Origin: Eutreptiella sp. 'Long Island Sound 2002'
Lineage: Eukaryota > Protista > Euglenida
Assembly (NCBI GenBank): GCA_964036045.1
Contig: OZ038379.1
Coordinates: forward strand, 25,916,001-25,980,000
Length of the DNA: 64,000 nt
Direction of reading: 5' to 3'
Shown here: piece after piece, positions 34,975-49,094 of the stretch
How the letters are laid out: each line of letters opens with the position of its first letter
How positions within the stretch are numbered: the stretch's first letter is position 1
The notes under the pieces: model-generated
What the model was told of the DNA's origin: nothing
Seen by the model: the letters and a program-made list of their open reading frames with translations, nothing else
Databases searched by the model: none
Position numbers and translations under genes: made by a program

Positions 34975-35974
34975 GCCTTGATCTTTATCTACCCTAGCAT
35001 TGGGGAGGACGCCAAGAGGCTAAGGCAGCACATGTGAGCAGAGGGGCAACAGTCCCACTCTCACCTACCTAAAACACATGGTCCCACCGTCTGTGACAAC
35101 CAGTGCAGACTACTTCCTCCTGCAGAACCGAATCAGTGCATATACGCACACTCACTGAGCCATTATGGCAACCCCCCCCGGCGTTACGCAGACACATGCA
35201 TGCACGCACAGCGTGGCCAGAAGTGTCGAGAGGTGATGTTTCATGCTGAACACATCAGAGTTTGTGAACCTGCTTTGGCTTCACTCACACAAGCACTCGC
35301 GGCGTTGCCAGAGTTCAATATCGCCTGCATTGGGGTATTCTGCATTGGCACAAACACTCGACCACACACATGCACACACACACCGCGGTAGGGCACATGT
35401 GTCGTATATAGGTGCACATCTTTTGTCTTGCAGAGAGGGAGGAACGGCCGCAAGGGGCGGAAAATCCAAACATTGCTGCAGTGCGAACAGAGCTGTAGAG
35501 CGGTGATGTATGTTAGTGAACGCTATGATGTTGCTTCAAATGATAATGGGCGTCACACACACAAACACACACGGACTGAGAAAGCATGATTGACCCCCCC
35601 CCCCCCATTCAGTTTCACTCATTTCACAAGATACCACGTTGTCCAAGCAACACTTCGTTTCCTGGTGTGTCGGCAATTTTGAACCTTGGGTTTGTGAATG
35701 TACTCTTTGGTTGAAAGGCAAATGGAGGGTGTACCTGCTTGACGTCCCGGCATGGTGTGCTGGCCGCATTGATGGGCACAACGGCATTGGTTTGCTTGCT
35801 GTTCATCTGGATTTTCTGATGGTCCGTGCCCCAACAATTGTTGTCATGGTGGTGCACGTGTCGTGGTAGTGAGTGATTTATGTTAGCGGATGCTATGAGT
35901 TGAGGAAAAAAAATATGGGCGTCACACACAGGGAGCCCAGATCTGGTGTCCCACCCACCATCATATCCCCCACT

Positions 35975-36690
35975 CAAACACCTACACACACCTACACACA
36001 CCCACACACCCACACACCCACACACAACCACACACACCCACACCCATCCACACACCCACCCATCCACACCCACCCAAACACACACACACGCACACACCCA
36101 CCCATCCACGCCCACCCACACGCACCCACCCACACACCCACACACCCACACCCACGCACCCACGCGCACCCACACACCCACACCCACGCACACACCCACC
36201 CACACACACCCACCCACACACACCCACCCACACACACCCACACACCCACACACCCACACACCCACACCCACACACCCACGCACCGACACGCACCCACCCA
36301 CCCACACTCACACACACACACCCACCCACCCACACCCACGCACCGACACGCACCCACACACCCACACCCACGCACCCACATGCACCCACACACCCACACC
36401 CAGCCACCCACACCCACACACCCACCCACCCACATACACACACCCACACACCCACACCCACACACACACACCCAAACACACACACACACACACACACACC
36501 CACACACACACACCCACGCACCGACACGCACCCAAACACACACACCCACACATACACACCCACCCACACACACCCACACCCACACACACACACACACACA
36601 CGCACCCACACACACACACACCCCCACACCCACACACCCACACCCACGCACCCACACGCACCCACACACACACACCCACACCCATGCCAT
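35975..36690 (+). repeat. Degenerate CA-rich microsatellite (~710 bp)
   Basis: CACACACC/CACCCACA variants throughout; it produces the spurious HTP/VCG ORFs in the track. Confidence 0.95.
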
Positions 36691-36898
36691 GTTTGTGCGG
36701 TTGTGCCATCAGCCTTGTTGTCTTTCTTTCTGCCTTCCTGAAGTACAGCTGATGGCAGCCCCTTCCAAAAGTCGTTTCTCCAACATACCATGCTGCTTCT
36801 GTCTGTGTTGGAGATGGGGATGGGTTGGGGATGCAGACGCACGGACGCCCCCATTTGGCACATGAAGAGCCCTTTGGGAAGTCCAAGAGGTGCACTGC

Positions 36899-36901
36899 TA
36901 T

Positions 36902-36933
<32 letters not shown>

Positions 36934-36936
36934 CTG
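36899..36936 (+). repeat. (TGC)n microsatellite
   Basis: TTGCTGCTGTTGCTGCTGCTGCTGCTGCTGCTGCTG. Confidence 0.9.
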
Positions 36937-39900
36937 TCCAATGGCAGGCAATTCCAGACTATCCCGATTGTTCCTCCTTCGCTGCGAAAGGAGTGAATGG
37001 AAAGGCATTGTGGACCTGAGGCCGTTGTGCAAGACACGCAGATGCACGACCCAAACCCGTACATCCCGCTTTGCTTGGTTTGGCTTTATGGGCCCCCGAA
37101 TACATTGGGTGAAAGGAAGCAGGAGATGGCGGTGCGTGTTTGCTTTAGACACAGCAGACCACATCATTGTGCCCTCTCCAAATTCGCTGAAATGACGACA
37201 TGTTGGAGCACCACCTCTGGTAGTACTTGCATGTGCGGGACTGCGCGCACGGCAGGATGTATGCTGATCCTGGAAAAGCCAAACCTCTTCAGGGGGTTGC
37301 CCGAGGACCAGAGTCCCACTCACTCCCACCAATCGCAAGGCGGTTGTTGGGCAAAGGGGGAAGGATACCCATATCCTTAAAACATGACCCCCCCTTCTTG
37401 ACCTGCAAAACGGAGGGGTAGGAGTGGAGATGTTCCGACAGTATTCCATGGTAGGATGCAAAAAGGATATATTTTGAAGCCTTCAACCCTCTCTCTAGGG
37501 GGGGCCAGGGCCCATTTGAAAGCCACAAAATCCTCGTGTATACTGCAAATAGGGTGGAATTTCTTCCGTGTGCAACTGCTGAGGCAGTTTTCCACCCTCC
37601 ACAGCTCAAACATAAAAAAAATCCAAAACCCATTTGTTGATATTGTGACCAGTCACAATGATCAAACATGCTATGTGAAGCATGTTTTATGCCCTCTTCA
37701 TGAATTTCTCACCCTATTTGGGGATTGGGTGCTGGGGGGCCCAGGGACTGGTGCACAAACTGCTTAAGCAGTTGTACACCCTCAACAATGGAAATTTCCC
37801 CGGTGGAGTTATTTTGACCACTCACATTGATCACACGTACAGGTAGAGCATGTTTTAGGCCCTCTTGTGTTTTTCACCCCATTTGGGTATTTGGGGATGA
37901 ATGTTCTTTGAGGGGAAGATACACAAACTACTTCAGCAGTTTTCCACCCTCTACAGCTAAAAAAAAAAGTTCCGAAACCGATTTTTTCGATTTTCGATTT
38001 TGGCTACACACAATGATGAAACACCTGATGTAAAACATGTTTGAGGCCTTCTTTATGCATTTTTCACATGCCTGGCGATGTGTGAAGTGCATTGGATTTT
38101 TTTTCCTGAGGGGGGCGAGTTGATTGTTGCATTCCAGGGGCAGTCCCTGGCAGTAGTCGCTTATTTTGCATTTATGGGGGCAAGTGCAAATCCCCTCGTC
38201 TCAGCATTCATGGCCCACAGGTTGCATCAATTATTTTAATTTTCATGACCTCACATCATGCAGCCCCCCCAACCCCTCAGATAGAAGATAGAAGGATTGA
38301 AGAACTGGTTTTGGCTGGGTAGGCGGGGGCATTTACTTGCATGCCGGAGGGCGAATTCCCCCTCCCCCTGAGGCCTTTGCATCTCCAAAATGCCCGTTTC
38401 CAGTGCTCTCCCGCCATGCCCTCAGGCGCAGCACGTTGCAAAAGAATCACGCTGTCCAAAGAAGACATATTACGCTGTGCTTTGTGCAGTCCTTTGCGCG
38501 CACATTGAACACATGTCTTAGCACAGGACAACTGCTCCTGTGCTCAACTGCATAACAACAATCTCAACACATGCAAAGCACATGTGCAAAAGTCTGCTCT
38601 GAGACCTCCACGTATTTGCATCCGCAACACTTCTGTTGCAGCCAAGGGGGGAGTCTGGTGCCCGATGACGGCGGGGGTGCCATTGAGAGCCCATGCTGCT
38701 CATCCGTGCAGTTTGCAGTCATCTTGAGTGAGCTACGGGGCATTACGGACCTCCATAGTACCTTCCTTCACAGCAATATTCCAAAGTCGGTTTGGAACGT
38801 AACCGACGTAGCCCAGAAGCGGATTCCTGTTGCAGTACATGGGCTTGCCTTCTCAGGGCTGGCATAGGTCTGCAACACCTGTGAGCCACGTCACCAATCT
38901 GCATTTGATTCCGATGGGCCTGCCTGGGGGGCAGTGTCCTGCGCTCGCCGAAAGGGTAAGACTGTCAAGGACTTGGTGTGTCACAGAACGCATGTGTGAC
39001 CCAATTCATGTGTCGATGAGTCCTCGCATTCCTAATCAGGGGCCGTGCACAAGTCACAATGACCGCCAACTTCCAATCGCAGCGAAATGCAGTGCATGAG
39101 CAAATATATCACCACCGGCCGTGTGCTGTATGCACCGGATGGCCCAATGGGCAACCCCGAGCCATGTTAGTGTTCACCCTCCAGACCAACTGCCTTCATC
39201 CTCAATCCCCAGGAACACGCATGGATGGCATGGCTGTGGCCATCTACACATCTTGGCCACCCCACTAACTACCATGCGCTCCCCCCTTTTTGTTGGCGGA
39301 GGCACCTGCTTGTTGAACGACGAGGCCTGTCGGACCGCGCTTTTTGCCTCATGGTTTCCTTGATGCTTGGATTCAAGAGAAGCGCAGGTGCCCTACAGTC
39401 CCGTGTTCCTGCTGATGGAGATCCCTGCCACAAGAGCAGTGAGATTCCACGTGATGTTTTGGTGTGAGAGTCTTGTTGGGCACAACAGGTGATGGACAGA
39501 ATGCCACTCCTGCTGCAGCCTAGATGCTGCAGCCTAAGCTTGTTCCGGCGGGGTTCTTCCCAAGTGCCCTTGACCTGAAGGGCGTGTGTGAGCCCACCAC
39601 CCGGGAAGGGCAATGGGGTCAAGGATAGGCATCCGATCGGAGGGGACCAGGGGTATGGTGATGTCCAGTGATGTAGCTCGGTTTACAGGCTTACGTTTCG
39701 TCCAGTCGCAGGTTTTCGCGCATTACGCATTGCACTGACTGAAGATGATATTACTGCGCTTTCTGAATTCATGCCTCGGGACATGACGTGGACATGCCAA
39801 TGACTTCATTGTGCATTTGCTGGTGGGTCTTGTGAGATGCCGCTGGGCAGTGTCCGGCTGGAAATCCTCAAGCGTCTTCAGCTACGCGCATGGTGATGCA

Positions 39901-40579
39901 CAACAATGTTTCTGTTTTCACTGGGAACAAATTTGGATGCACTCAGCTTGGATAAAAACGTGGAAAAAATTGGGTTTGAAACTATGAGTCAATACATGTA
40001 AACAGTGCTAAAATGGCCCGTGGCTAAGTGGCTTCAAGCAACCCTCTGCTTTTTATATGCAGATCTCACCCCTGTGCCACTCAGTTACTCTGTAGGGACT
40101 GCTGCTGCAAACGTCGAACCAACCTCTGGTTTTGCCCTGCCCCCACCACCCACCTCAGCACATGAACATGGGATGCTAAAGAAACTCTCAATGGGTTTTT
40201 TTTGGCGATTTGGAGCAGGGCGTAGAGCACCCGTGCCGGGGGTGTGCGAAATGCAAACAAATTTTTTGATGTCAACACCTAAGATCCTCCAGAGGGGGGT
40301 CCCAGAGTATTCCAGACTGGTCTGGAGATCACCCTGCCTGATGCTGCTGCAGTCCAGTCACATCCCGTGACTGCTACCGTGAATTGGCATGGACTGGGAT
40401 CCCTTGTTACAGCACCGCCCGCCTGCTGTCATAATAGAGAAGAATTGCAAGGAATTGACAAATTTGGTCAATGGGTAAGACAATGCAAACCTTTAGCAAG
40501 ATTACAAATGAAACAATGAAAATCATGTGGTCAAACTGTCCAACCTCAAAGCATCCTCTGGTGACTTTTGCCAGGGTCT

Positions 40580-41750
40580 GTAGTTAAACCTAGTAAAAAA
40601 AAAGTTGTTTTAAAAAAAGTTTTATTTTTTACTAGGTAACAGTTTACTAGGTTCACTAGTTTTTTACTGGGTATCGGGAACCTAGGGGAAAAAAAGTGTT
40701 TTTTCTTACTAGGTTTCAAAATCGCCACAAACAAAAGAACTAGGCTGTAGAACTTTCGGGCCACTTGTTGGCCACTTCTGATGTTGTCCCCCGCTCTGAG
40801 GGGCTTTTTTCCACTGGCCTGGTGAGGCAGGGTGGTCCTTTAGGACCAATTTTTTTTTTTAAGGACCGCCATTAAGGACCCCCACTATGGGATTTTTTCC
40901 AGGAGCCCGGCGCGGGCCACTTTTGTTTCCCTCCCCTTCTGTAGTGCACCCCGAGAACGCGGGGGTGACGTAGCACTTCCGCCCTCTTTTGGGCCCCTGA
41001 GAAGGTAGGGGTGAGGCAACCACTTCTGATTTCGTTCCCCTTTGTTGGGGATCCCCGAGAATGCCATTTTGCCTCCCACCTTCTTTCCTTTTTTTTTTAT
41101 CCCCACGCTTTGTTGCGTGGCCCCTTGAGTTGGGGTTAGGGACTCACAATCCACAGCTGGGAATTTTGCTTGAACTAGTAGAGGGCGAAAAAATGGGTTT
41201 TCACCCATGTGTCTATACTCAAAATACTCAGTTTTTTCAGGAGAACCAAATAATGGATGAAAACCAAATTGGCCCAAATATCAATACCACCCCCGTGCAT
41301 AGGCACAACAGAGATGGCTCATACCCTAGTGGGTAAAGCAGTGTCTCTATAAGTGGAAGGTCATGGGTTCAAACCCCATTGGGGGTAATCTGTTGACCCT
41401 GAGGCTGAGTCATCATGGGGGAATCTTCGTTTTTGTTTTTTTTGTTTTTTTTGTGTTTTGATTTTGTCCCCTTTGTTGGGGATCATCGAGAATGCAGGGG
41501 TGACGTAGCATTTCTGCCCACTTGTGGGCCCTCCAGAAGGCAGGGGTTAGGCAGCCAATTCTGATTTTGTCCCCCTTGCACCCCCCCCCCCCCGGGGAGT
41601 TGACCTAGTAAGGAAATTTTTTTTCAAAATTTTGCTTTCTTCATCTAGTTAAAAAAAAACTTTTTCAAAAAAAATTTTTACTAGGTTTCACTACATTTTA
41701 CTAGGTTTTGCTACATTTTACTAGGTTTTGCTACGTGCATACTAGGTTTC
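40580..41750. repeat. Composite non-autonomous repeat: ACTAGGTTT-rich ends, degenerate 80-bp satellite units, central tRNA-like box pair
   Basis: TACTAGGT motifs cluster at ~40590-40745 and ~41600-41750, with a ~20-bp TTTTACTAGGTTTT(G)CTACA run of three. Satellite-like units at ~40760-40805, 40960-41060, 41455-41575. B box GGGTTCAAACCC at ~41365-41376. Confidence 0.6.
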
Positions 41751-44700
41751 ACCAAATGCCCCTTTTGCCAACCGCCATTGCTTGCACACAATGCAAAACA
41801 GACAAAGATGCCACAATGCAATTCGAAGTCCTAGAGCTGTTGTTGTGCCTTTATGCTGTGTTGTTGTGCAATGTCAGTAGCTAAGACAATTTTGGTATTG
41901 TGATCTCTGTGCTGTCTCTGAAATGGCTGAGCCATATCCTTTGTCACACCTTTGCGGTGTCGCCTTGCATGAGAACGACAACACATACTTATCCAAGGAC
42001 AAAACGAATAACATGCAAAATGCCTTACGAAAAGAGAGAAGGGAGGGACCACACATGCACAATTTGGACCTGCTGCAGCACAAATAGGTAAACCCAAGGG
42101 GGGCATCATGCAAAACGCTTTAAGAAATTGGGACAATTTACACTCCTCCAACCAAGGGAATGCTGTGCACGCAGTGCGAAGTTTTCAATGTCGGCAAATA
42201 CTCGGACCCTACTTTTGGCCCCTTTGGACTAGTTTTTGGTTCCATACGGGGTTTTTGTTTTTAGCTTCCTATGCATTTGGGATGTGGCGCATTTGAATTG
42301 TCACCCTTTTTTGCCCATTTTCAACCATTTTTACGCATTTTCCATCCCGCATATTGGTCGGAAAATTTTGAGTGAAGACCAACAAGAGTATAACGATGTC
42401 CTTGGCTTCTATCCTGCAAGGGTGGAGCACCTCTTTGCACAATTGTGGCAATGGTGGATTGTCCGCAATGTTTGGACACGCTCTGCAATGGAGCTGCATA
42501 GCCATGTGCGTATTTTGCTCCACCTTACTCAGTTTTGTATTCGCAAGTAGACCACCCCCCGCCCCCCTGTCCAAGCAACGCCTATGTCCAAGCAATACTG
42601 GGCGTTGGTTCCGTCAATTTTTGCACCGTTGATTTTGGCGGTGTGTTTTTCAATTTGTTGTACTATGTGCCATGTGTGCTTCCCAATACCTTGGTTTTGA
42701 GAAGCACGAAGTTCATATTTTGTGTCAAGGCAGCTCTGTTGGCCAAGAGGGCATTCGTAGCGTGTTTTACCTCTTGGTTTTCAGAATAGTACATCATGTC
42801 TGCATGTGTATCACGCAAGTTCCGGCGCTTAAACAACACCCTTGTCCAAGCAACACTAGGCGTTGGTTCCGTCAATTTGTGGTCATTTACCGTTGCTTGT
42901 ACAAGTGGGGTTGGGGGGGTAGGTATCAACCCTATGGACCTTGGCCTCATGTGCCTGAATCTGTGTGGGCATAGGAGGAGGCAACCATTGAGGAGGAAGA
43001 AAATGATGATGGTGTTTGTTGCCAATTGTGTGGCCACCATCCTGGTGATGTATTTGAGTGTGGCATTTGCCACTTGAACATGTGTGCATCTTGCATGCCC
43101 TTGCATAGTTGTACTTTACAAGTCTGAGTGGGTTGTTCATAGGGATAGTGGAGTGCCAAGTTGAAGGCAGTTTCGTTGTCCTCATGTGGTGACAGGTATT
43201 CTTGGGTGAGTATCCCAGCCTCTACGTGCGTAGTATGCATGCAATGCACAGCAGTGCAACAACTTGGCCCAAGCTAGCTCGTGGACAGAGTGACAGGGAA
43301 TGTGAAAACTGCGAATCCCATTCTTCTTGTTTGAATTGTAGATTGATGTGGCCTATCTCCATCACAAGTGTGATTTGTAGGCTGTTGAGTGGAATAATTT
43401 GAAAGAGTTTTTGCATGTCTTCAAAGCCCACTTGGTTGCATGCGGTCCATGACAACCTCATTATGAAGGCTCCGGATGCACACACACCACACACACATGA
43501 TGAGGGAGCATTTGTGTGCTAAGTGCGTGCGAGGGATCCTTTGGGGCTCCACCCCCCCCCCCCTAGTGCCCCATCTAAGGGCGGCAACTTACAAGAGGCC
43601 CTCTTCAAGCAACTCACAAGATTCATATGCCCTGCCAAAGGCAATCGAACTTTTGCTCACCCATTGAACCATTATCTAATTCACATTTGGTTGAGTGTCG
43701 CAGCAACAATTGTTGCAGATTCCAATTCAAGGGGTTGGCTGGTGGGGTAGATAGGACCTTTAACGTCATTAAGTATGCAGTGATTTCTCATAACGTAGAC
43801 TTGCCTCCACACAAGTTTTCAATTCAAGTGTAGGCTCTGAAAATGCTGCAGCAGTTAATGCCAAGGCATGTTCCCCAGCCATTATCTTCTTTTTCTTGTG
43901 GGAACAAAGATGATGTTCCGGGGCTGAATGTGGACAGTGGAGGACATGATACCAAAGGTGGTGCACAAACCTTTGCAAGTCCCCCATTTTTGTTGTCCAA
44001 AATACATGTGTTTCATGCGCTTGAGGCTATGATTGGCAAAAATGGCACGCAGTGCATGACCAAAATACGCATTTGGAGGGAACATGCAACGTGTAGAGGC
44101 TCCAAACCACAGAAGCAATGCAAACACTTCATCCAGTACATTCCTCTAGCCTCCCCCCAGCCTCACCACGTGCCCCTACCTCCAGCCCCAGCTGAGCACT
44201 GGCTTAAATGCAGGCCCAAACCGAACCAGCAGAGTTGATGAGGGCTGTTGAGCAGGATGATGAGGGGTTGTGTTATTGGTAAAGGGTGCATGTCTCAGGG
44301 ATTCATGGACCCAAGTGCCTCATACCCTCCCCCTGGCTGTCATTTGGCAAACCACCCCCTTCTGGGTGTGTGCAGGGGCAGCGGGAAGGAAGAGGGGAGT
44401 GGGTACACAATGGACCTTGTGTGTTTCTGCAAAGCCACATCAAAAGGCCTGCAGTCACACATGTAGTGTGAACCATCCTCTTTTTCCTTGACAATCTTGC
44501 AGCCCTTCTCCATAGCCAGCCCAGCCTGTGTGCCCACCTCAGTCCTCCCCACAACGGTTCAATTCCATTCGAGGTGGTCCTTGAACAAGGGGGAAGGGCA
44601 AATGTCTTGAACATTGGGCCTCAAACTGCTTGAGGGCCATTTGCACAATGGTGGGCAAAACTGGTTTTGCTGATTGCAGCCACTAAGCGTCCAACCAGAC

Positions 44701-47700
44701 CCACGTCCAGCTTTTCTCTTCACCATAGACCTGGATCCCCTGACCAATTGCAAAGGGCCTCAGGTCATATTTCCAGTCAGCCCAAATCGGCCTGCCTCGC
44801 GCTTTTTTTTTACAGGATTGGCTGAAAAATTGCGACTTTTGGGACACCCGTACTGCTGGACCCTTTCTCTAGGTGGCCTCCAGAAGGGACTTTTGGCATA
44901 CTTTTTGCGCATCGATGAAGGCAGTCCTCTGCAAAGTGGCCTCGCAAGAGCAATAAGATTTGCGGGTGCTAAATGCACTGGTGGATGTAGTTTCAGCCAA
45001 GTGTATCGCAAAAAAAGGTCCATGATGGCCCAACCTGTCCGCATACTCTGACAGTGCTACATCCACCAGTACAATTGGACGGGCTCAAATGGTGGAAAGT
45101 AGAAGTGTAAAATGGAGTCGCCCGCCCCCCTCCCCCCTTTGACAATTCATGGACATGCATGGGAGGGGAAAAGGCTGGGCTGGAGTCCTGATTTGGGGGA
45201 TGCTGGAGGCGGGAAAGGGAGATCCTCAAGAGGTCTTGCCCAAAACAACAGAGCGTTGCCCCACGCACATGGCCCTACTTGTCCCTGACTGAACCGATCC
45301 AACGGTGTGCCTTGACGTTGTGGTTGCTGAGCGCTCTTCAATGACTCACTTCGTGCAAACGATTGGTGCAACCGCACAGGGTTTGTTCGTTGGATGGGCT
45401 GACGCCTGCGGGTACGCATGCAGTATGGCAGATTGGCAGGCCATTCATGCGGAGTGGGGGACTAGCCCTGCGGATGCATTTTATGTGGACAGCAAAGGCT
45501 GCAGCTCCAATGCCATCTACGAACGGAACATGGCACTGGAGCAGGTCCCGGTGTACTCGTTGTGGAATGGCCGGCCTCCCGACCACAAGATGCGGGCCTA
45601 CTGGTGTGCAAGTGTGCAATGTGCCATACCGAAACCAGTGTGCAGTGCGTGGCCCTCGTATTCCCCCGAAAGTGGCCGTCCCCCTAGCGTTGTGCACAAG
45701 GCTTTAGGCCACAGGGCTGTGGGCCACTGCAGCTCCATTGCTTCCGTGACAGGACTGTGTGGTGCTGCAAGTGCGTGTTGCTTGTTCCGCTGCTGGCGGC
45801 GTGGTCTTGGTGTTGCTCAAGGGATGCCCCTCTGTCGGTTTCTAGTGTGTCTGCAGCTCGCCACACCCTAACTGATGCAGTTTCCAGTCCTCTTCCATTC
45901 AGTTCATGGGAGAATTAGCCCTTTTGCTGTCAAATGCAGCAGCAGGAACGCCCTGGCATGTGCATGTTGTAAGTGGTGGTTTTTTTTTTTTTGCTGTCAG
46001 TGTGTATACAGAAAAAAATCGCCACGCTGTGTGATTTTTTTCCCTGTCAGCGCGTGTAATTTTGTGGGGTACACGATGTGACAACAACAAAACAATGACA
46101 TGATCTGACGGCAAAAAAAATTACACAATGTGACAGCTGTTTTTTTACACCACGACAGTGAAGAATAAATTTTCTCAAACTGACAGTAAAAACACCACCA
46201 AACAGCAAAAGTAAAAATCTTCAAAAATATTTATGATTTTCTCCATTTGCTGAGCACCGGGGATCCCCAAGAAGGCAGGGGCTATGTAGCCATCTTGCCC
46301 ACATGTGGGCCATTTTTTTGTGATTTTCTCCGCGTGCTGAGCACTGGGGACCCCCGAGAACTTTTTGGACCATTCCCCACCCGTGACCATTCTGCCCCCC
46401 CCCTTTTCACCAAACAATTCACAAATTTGTGTGGCCCTTTGAGTTGGGGATATGGACTCATCAATCCACATTTTTTTTTGTCGCCTCTTGAGTTGGGTAC
46501 CCTCACCCCCCCTTGTCGTTCCCCACCCCTTGTCGTTCCCTTGGGGGGGGGGGGGGAGCGTCACTTGGTCAACCCAAAATTTTTCGTTGCGGCTCACTGT
46601 GTTGTTGTGTGGGTGACTGTGTTGTGGGGCACTGCCACTTGTATGCCTTGTACTCATGGCAGGAAATTTTGCTCACTTTCACTGAAATGGAACTTGACAG
46701 CACAACCATGTTTCCCCCTGGGACAAGTGTGATCTTCATCTGCTCTACGGGGGAACCGAAGGTCGCTGGACATGGGGAGCACGGTGATGCATATCGCTGC
46801 ATCACTTATGACCGCGATGGCAAGACCGTCTTGCACGACCGTGCGTCTGTTCGGCGCCTCTCACTGCCACGTGCTCCCTCTCCGCCCCGCCCTGCCCAAT
46901 CGGTGCGGTCCCCCAGGGGGGGGGGGGGGACCGTCTTCCCTGGGGTGGGGAACGACATGGGGGGGGGGAGGGTATATGGACTCAAAGCCCACGAAAGATT
47001 TTTGGCCCCTTGTGTCCAACTTCCTTCTGCAATCCCAAACCAGGGCACACACCCGGAAGTACCAGCAGACTCACCGAGCGTTTCTGGCAGACGCCCCCTT
47101 GACCCGACCTGTGTGCAACGAACATCAACGCACGAAAGTGATTAGGTTGGGCTGAAGTGTTTGCTGGACAAGGGCGTTAGTGCAGGGGGGGGGGGGGGGG
47201 CGGAGCGGGAACCAGAGCCGCTACGCACACACACCCAAACACCGAGCTCGACCCGAAATGTTGGCTTCGGAAAAATCACGTTTGAACCAGCAGCCCCCTG
47301 TGCGACCCACCCACACCGCCCGCTCCCTCTTCCACAAAGTTGTCACTCCGTATGCACGGCATCTGGGGCACCCGGATTGCTGCTGCGACTACCCGAGCAC
47401 CCGACAGAGAAAAAACATACACACGCTGACAGAAATGCACGCCATGGCAATTCTTTTGGACCTGACTTACATTGTTCACCCCTGGCGTACTTGTCACATC
47501 GTTGGTGCAGCAGCCTGTCCACAATTTACCCCTCACAAAAGTTCTGGTGCTAATGTTTCACCCACAAAACCCTCTTCTCGTGTTCAGGAAGAACAAAGGG
47601 CGGCAGATGCGGCAATTGCAGGCCCAAGGGCTCAAGAGTAAAGTGGTTTCTGGCCTCAAGAGGTCTGTGCCCTGCAGCCCCATAGTACAGCCACGGCCCC

Positions 47701-48518
47701 AAGTGCCCTCCAGCTGTGCCTTGTGGGCGCCTCTTGCCTACAGCCGCGGAGGTGGGCGACAGCCGACGTGGCCTGTGGATTTGTGGAACTGTGGATTTGT
47801 ACCTTTTGATCAGCACGGCCCCATGTGCCCCGTCATAAGGTCACGGCTTGCAGCCCCACATCTACGGTCGGATTCCAATCCGCCCCCCCCCCTTCTGTTC
47901 CGTGTCCAACGAGACACACGCTGTCGGCTTTTGTACTTTTGGGTCAAATGCAGATCGGGTTCGGAAGATCGGGTTCGGACGTAGCAGCACCGCTGATGGC
48001 GAAATGCAGGGGTTTTTTAGGCTGTCCCCGTGACACTTCCCACATCGGTGGTGGAGAGTGGGAATGACTAAATGTGACACAGTGCCGGCACCGGCGTGGG
48101 AGGGATGCCAAGGGGCAGAAGCAGCACCTGTGAGCAGCCCACTCTCACCCACCAAAAGCATGTTTTCCCACCGTCGGACGGTGGGGGCTCAGAGGCGCCC
48201 AGGAGGGGGTCACGCTGGCCTGTCCCGTGCCCCTCGGTGCCGCCGCTCAGCTCGCAGCGTGTGAGCAAAACAACGCAAGCCCTGGCTGACCCGTCGTCCG
48301 CACGTCCTGCTGTCCTGCCCTCCCCCAAGCCTCCCGAGGTGTGGCCCCCTCTCCGTGCTGAGAACGTGTCAGCTGCCCTCTCAAAACCGGCTGTGAGGGC
48401 CAACCCGCCACACTGAGACACCCAGACTCTGACTGCGGGGCAAGGCCATCCATAGGGACAGGCTCTGTTTTCTTTACGGTAAAGGTAAGCTGAGGACTGG
48501 TCTGCCTGCGTGTCTGTA

Positions 48519-48519
<1 letters not shown>

Positions 48520-48584
<65 letters not shown>

Positions 48585-48585
48585 G
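48520..48585 (+). repeat. (CT)n(GT)n(GCGT)n compound microsatellite
   Basis: Directly visible; probably intronic, since a strong AAG|GTAAGC donor lies at 48484/48485. Confidence 0.9.
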
Positions 48586-48899
48586 TTCTTGTCTCACGGT
48601 TCTCATCTTGTGTGTTCTGGAGGGCAGGCATCATCTTGCCCCATCACCACCTCCAGGGCTTCACAGCAGTGGCGCACGTGTTCTTCCGTATAAACGCACG
48701 TGTGGCCTACGCATTTGTGCAGCCTGCTGCAGCCCTGTGGTGCTCTCTGGCGTGTACGTGCCCTCCAGCCCATGTGTAGCCTGCAGCCATTCACAAGCCC
48801 ACCGCCGCACATGTCACCTCCAGCACTACGTGCACCGTGCAGCCTTGCACATGCGTGCAGCCCTGCCCCAGGGGTGTGGCCATTCCTGTATCTCTGCAG

Positions 48900-49094
48900 T
48901 ACTCCCTCGACACCTTCGATGGAGTGCCTCGAGGAGGATGGTCAGAAGATGAGGGTCTCCACTCGGTATTGGGGGGCCAAGAATGCAGCCCGGGAACGTG
49001 ATCCAGAGCTTGTCAGATTTCGGGCCGCATTTGCCCAAAGATCTGCAAAGCGGCAGAAGCTCTCGGAGGTCAAGGACCCAGAGCGCCTGTGGAG
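48900..49094 (+). CDS. NRDE2: NRDE2 exon (earliest well-supported; true 5' exons uncertain, candidate 48623-48699)
   Basis: CTGCAG| acceptor; encodes ...KMRVSTRYWGAKNAARERDPELVRFR, resembling the RYWxAKxAAxER segment I recall from plant NRDE2; donor AG|GTTGTG, phase 2. Confidence 0.65.

Noticed and set aside
35624-37064. Long ORFs (227-360 aa) rich in HTP or VCG/VWV
   Set aside because: Translations of the CA-rich microsatellite.
47820-48500. NRDE2 start codon and first exon
   Set aside because: A strong donor exists at 48484/48485, but no frame upstream gives a convincing start, so it is left uncalled.
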